A stretch of 64,000 bases of DNA from Auanema rhodensis (taxonomy: Eukaryota; Animalia; Nematoda): positions 10,540,001 to 10,604,000 of the forward strand of contig OZ059898.1 of the NCBI GenBank assembly GCA_964057225.1, given 5' to 3'. This document shows, piece by piece, positions 62,246-64,000 of the stretch. Each line of letters starts with the position of its first letter. Position 1 is the stretch's first letter. Position numbers and translations under genes: made by a program. The notes beneath the pieces are model-generated. The model had not been told where the DNA came from and did no database searches. It saw only the letters and a list, made by a program, of their open reading frames with translations.

Positions 62246-64000
62246 ACTTCACTTTTATAAAAAAATATCATTTATATTTTATAAAGACTGTTTTAGTTCA
62301 ACAGTTTTACCCGCTTTCACAGTTTTATTTTACTTTTGTTGGATTTTCAAGTGTTATAATCAAATTAGTAAACAAGAAGTGTTTCTCTTTGATTTTTTTC
62401 TTTGTTTAATTTTAATCATGGAAACTTTTAATAAAAACTGTTACCATATTTTAGAAGTCAATCAGTTAATAGTAGAGAGAGCTGAACTTTAATTTTTTTC
62501 TTCAACTTACAATTGTCTTCAAATCGTTCAACAGTTTTACTCGCTTTAACAGTTTTACTTTACTTTTGTTGGAATTTCAAGTGTTATAATCAAATAAGTA
62601 AACAAGAAGTGTTTCTCTTTGATTTTTTCTACTTTGTTTAATCTTAATCACGGAAACTTTCAATAAAAACTGTTACCTTATTTTAGCCGATAATCAGTCA
62701 ATGGTAGAGATAGCTGAACTTTAATTCTTTTTTAAAACTTACAATTCTCTTCAAATCGTTCAATTTTTTTCGTCGCTTTCTCTATTTTATTCTACTGTTT
62801 TTGGAATTTCAAGCATTATAATCAAATAAGTAAACAAGAAGTGTTTCTCTTTGATTTTTTTTCTTTGTTTAATCTTAATCACGGAAACTTTCAATAAAAA
62901 CTGTTACCTTATTTTAGCCGTTAATCAGTTAAAAGTAGAGATAGCTGAACTTTAATTCTTTTCTAAAACTTACAATTCTCTTCAAATCGTTCAACTGTTT
63001 ATGTCGCATTCTCAATTGTTTTTTACTTTTTTTCGAATTTCAAGTATTATAATCAAGTAAGTAAACAAGAAGTGTTTCTCTTTGATTCTTTTCTTTGTTT
63101 AATCTTAGTCATGGAAACTTTTAATAAAAACTGTTACCATATTTTAGCCGACAATCATTAAATAGTAGAGAGAGCTAAACTTTAATTTTTTTCTAATACT
63201 TACAATTCTCTTCAAATCGTTCAACAGTCTTACTCGCTTGAATAGTTTTACTTTACTTTTGTTGGAATTTCAACTGTTATAATCGAATTAGAAAACAAGA
63301 TGTGTTTCTCTTTGATTATTTTTCTTTGTTTAATCTTAATCATGGAAACTTTTAATAAAAACTGTTACCATATTTTAGCCGACAATCATTAAATAGTAGA
63401 GAGAGCTAAACTTTAATTTTTTTCTAATACTTACAATTCTCTTCAAATCGTTCAACTGTTTTTGTCGCTTTCTCAATTTTATTCTACTGTTTTTAGAATT
63501 TCAAGTATTATAATCAAATAAGTAAACAAGAAGTGTTTCTCTTCGATTTTTTTTCTTTGTTTAATCTTAATTATGGAAACTTTCAATAAAAACTGTTACC
63601 TTATTTTAGCCGATAATCAGTCAATGGTAGAGATAGCTGAACTTTATTTCTTTTTTAAAACTTACAATTCTCTTCAAATCGTTCAATTTTTTTCATCGCT
63701 TTCTCTATTTTATTCTACTGTTTTTGGAATTTCAAGCATTATAATCAAATTAGTAAACAAGAAGTGTTTCTCTTTGATTTTTTTTCTTTGTTTAATCTTA
63801 ATCACGGAAACTTTCAATAAAAACTGTTACCTTATTTTAGCCGTTAATCAGTTAAAAGTAGAGATAGCTGAACTTTAATTCTTTTCTAAAACTTACAATT
63901 CTCTTCAAATCGTTCAACTGTTTATGTTGCTTTCTCAATTGTTTTTTACTTTTTTTTTGAATTTCAAGTATTATAATCAAGTAAGTAAACAAGAAGTGTT

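Larger units (their letters stand above)
28448..64000 (+). repeat. 231-bp satellite array (right arm, inverted relative to left arm) with 28 tRNA-Gly cassettes; runs off the window end
   Basis: Reverse complement of the left-arm monomer (CTTACAATTCTCTTCAAATC, AAACAAGAAGTGTTT, TTTTAGCCGACAATC) repeated at a 231-bp period. Confidence 0.97.

Noticed and set aside
1180-63878. Hydrophobic ORFs MQLHF..., MLACHAG..., MSLSQF..., METFNK..., MFSKTY...
   Set aside because: Translations of the T-rich satellite strand; they open and close with homopolymer length changes.

Overview
Very AT-rich eukaryotic DNA (animal; 40-65 nt GT-AG introns with TTTTAG/TTTCAG acceptors look nematode-like, which is inference). 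About 55 kb of the 64 kb is one 231-bp satellite. Some monomers carry a 172-bp cassette containing a tRNA-Gly(GCC) gene, always at the same site, giving a 403-bp unit. I count 49 tRNA-Gly copies: 29 identical majority copies, 15 full-length point variants and 5 truncated or internally deleted copies. The array occurs in two opposite orientations: tRNAs are on the minus strand in 1-18975 and 27715-28449, and on the plus strand in 28448-64000. The inversion junction is at about 28448. Higher-order repeats of about 1730, 3945 and 1961 bp are present. An 8.7-kb island of mobile-element debris (18976-27714) interrupts the array. It holds a 5'-truncated, frameshifted CR1/L2-type LINE RT, a Maverick/Polinton integrase C-terminus with chromodomain, a Polinton pPolB fragment, five Maverick-type termini (5'-AGTAGAGAG...) in nested and inverted arrangement, and two short-intron spliced genes of unknown function. 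Almost all ORFs in the supplied track are shadows of the tRNA, satellite or TIR sequence.
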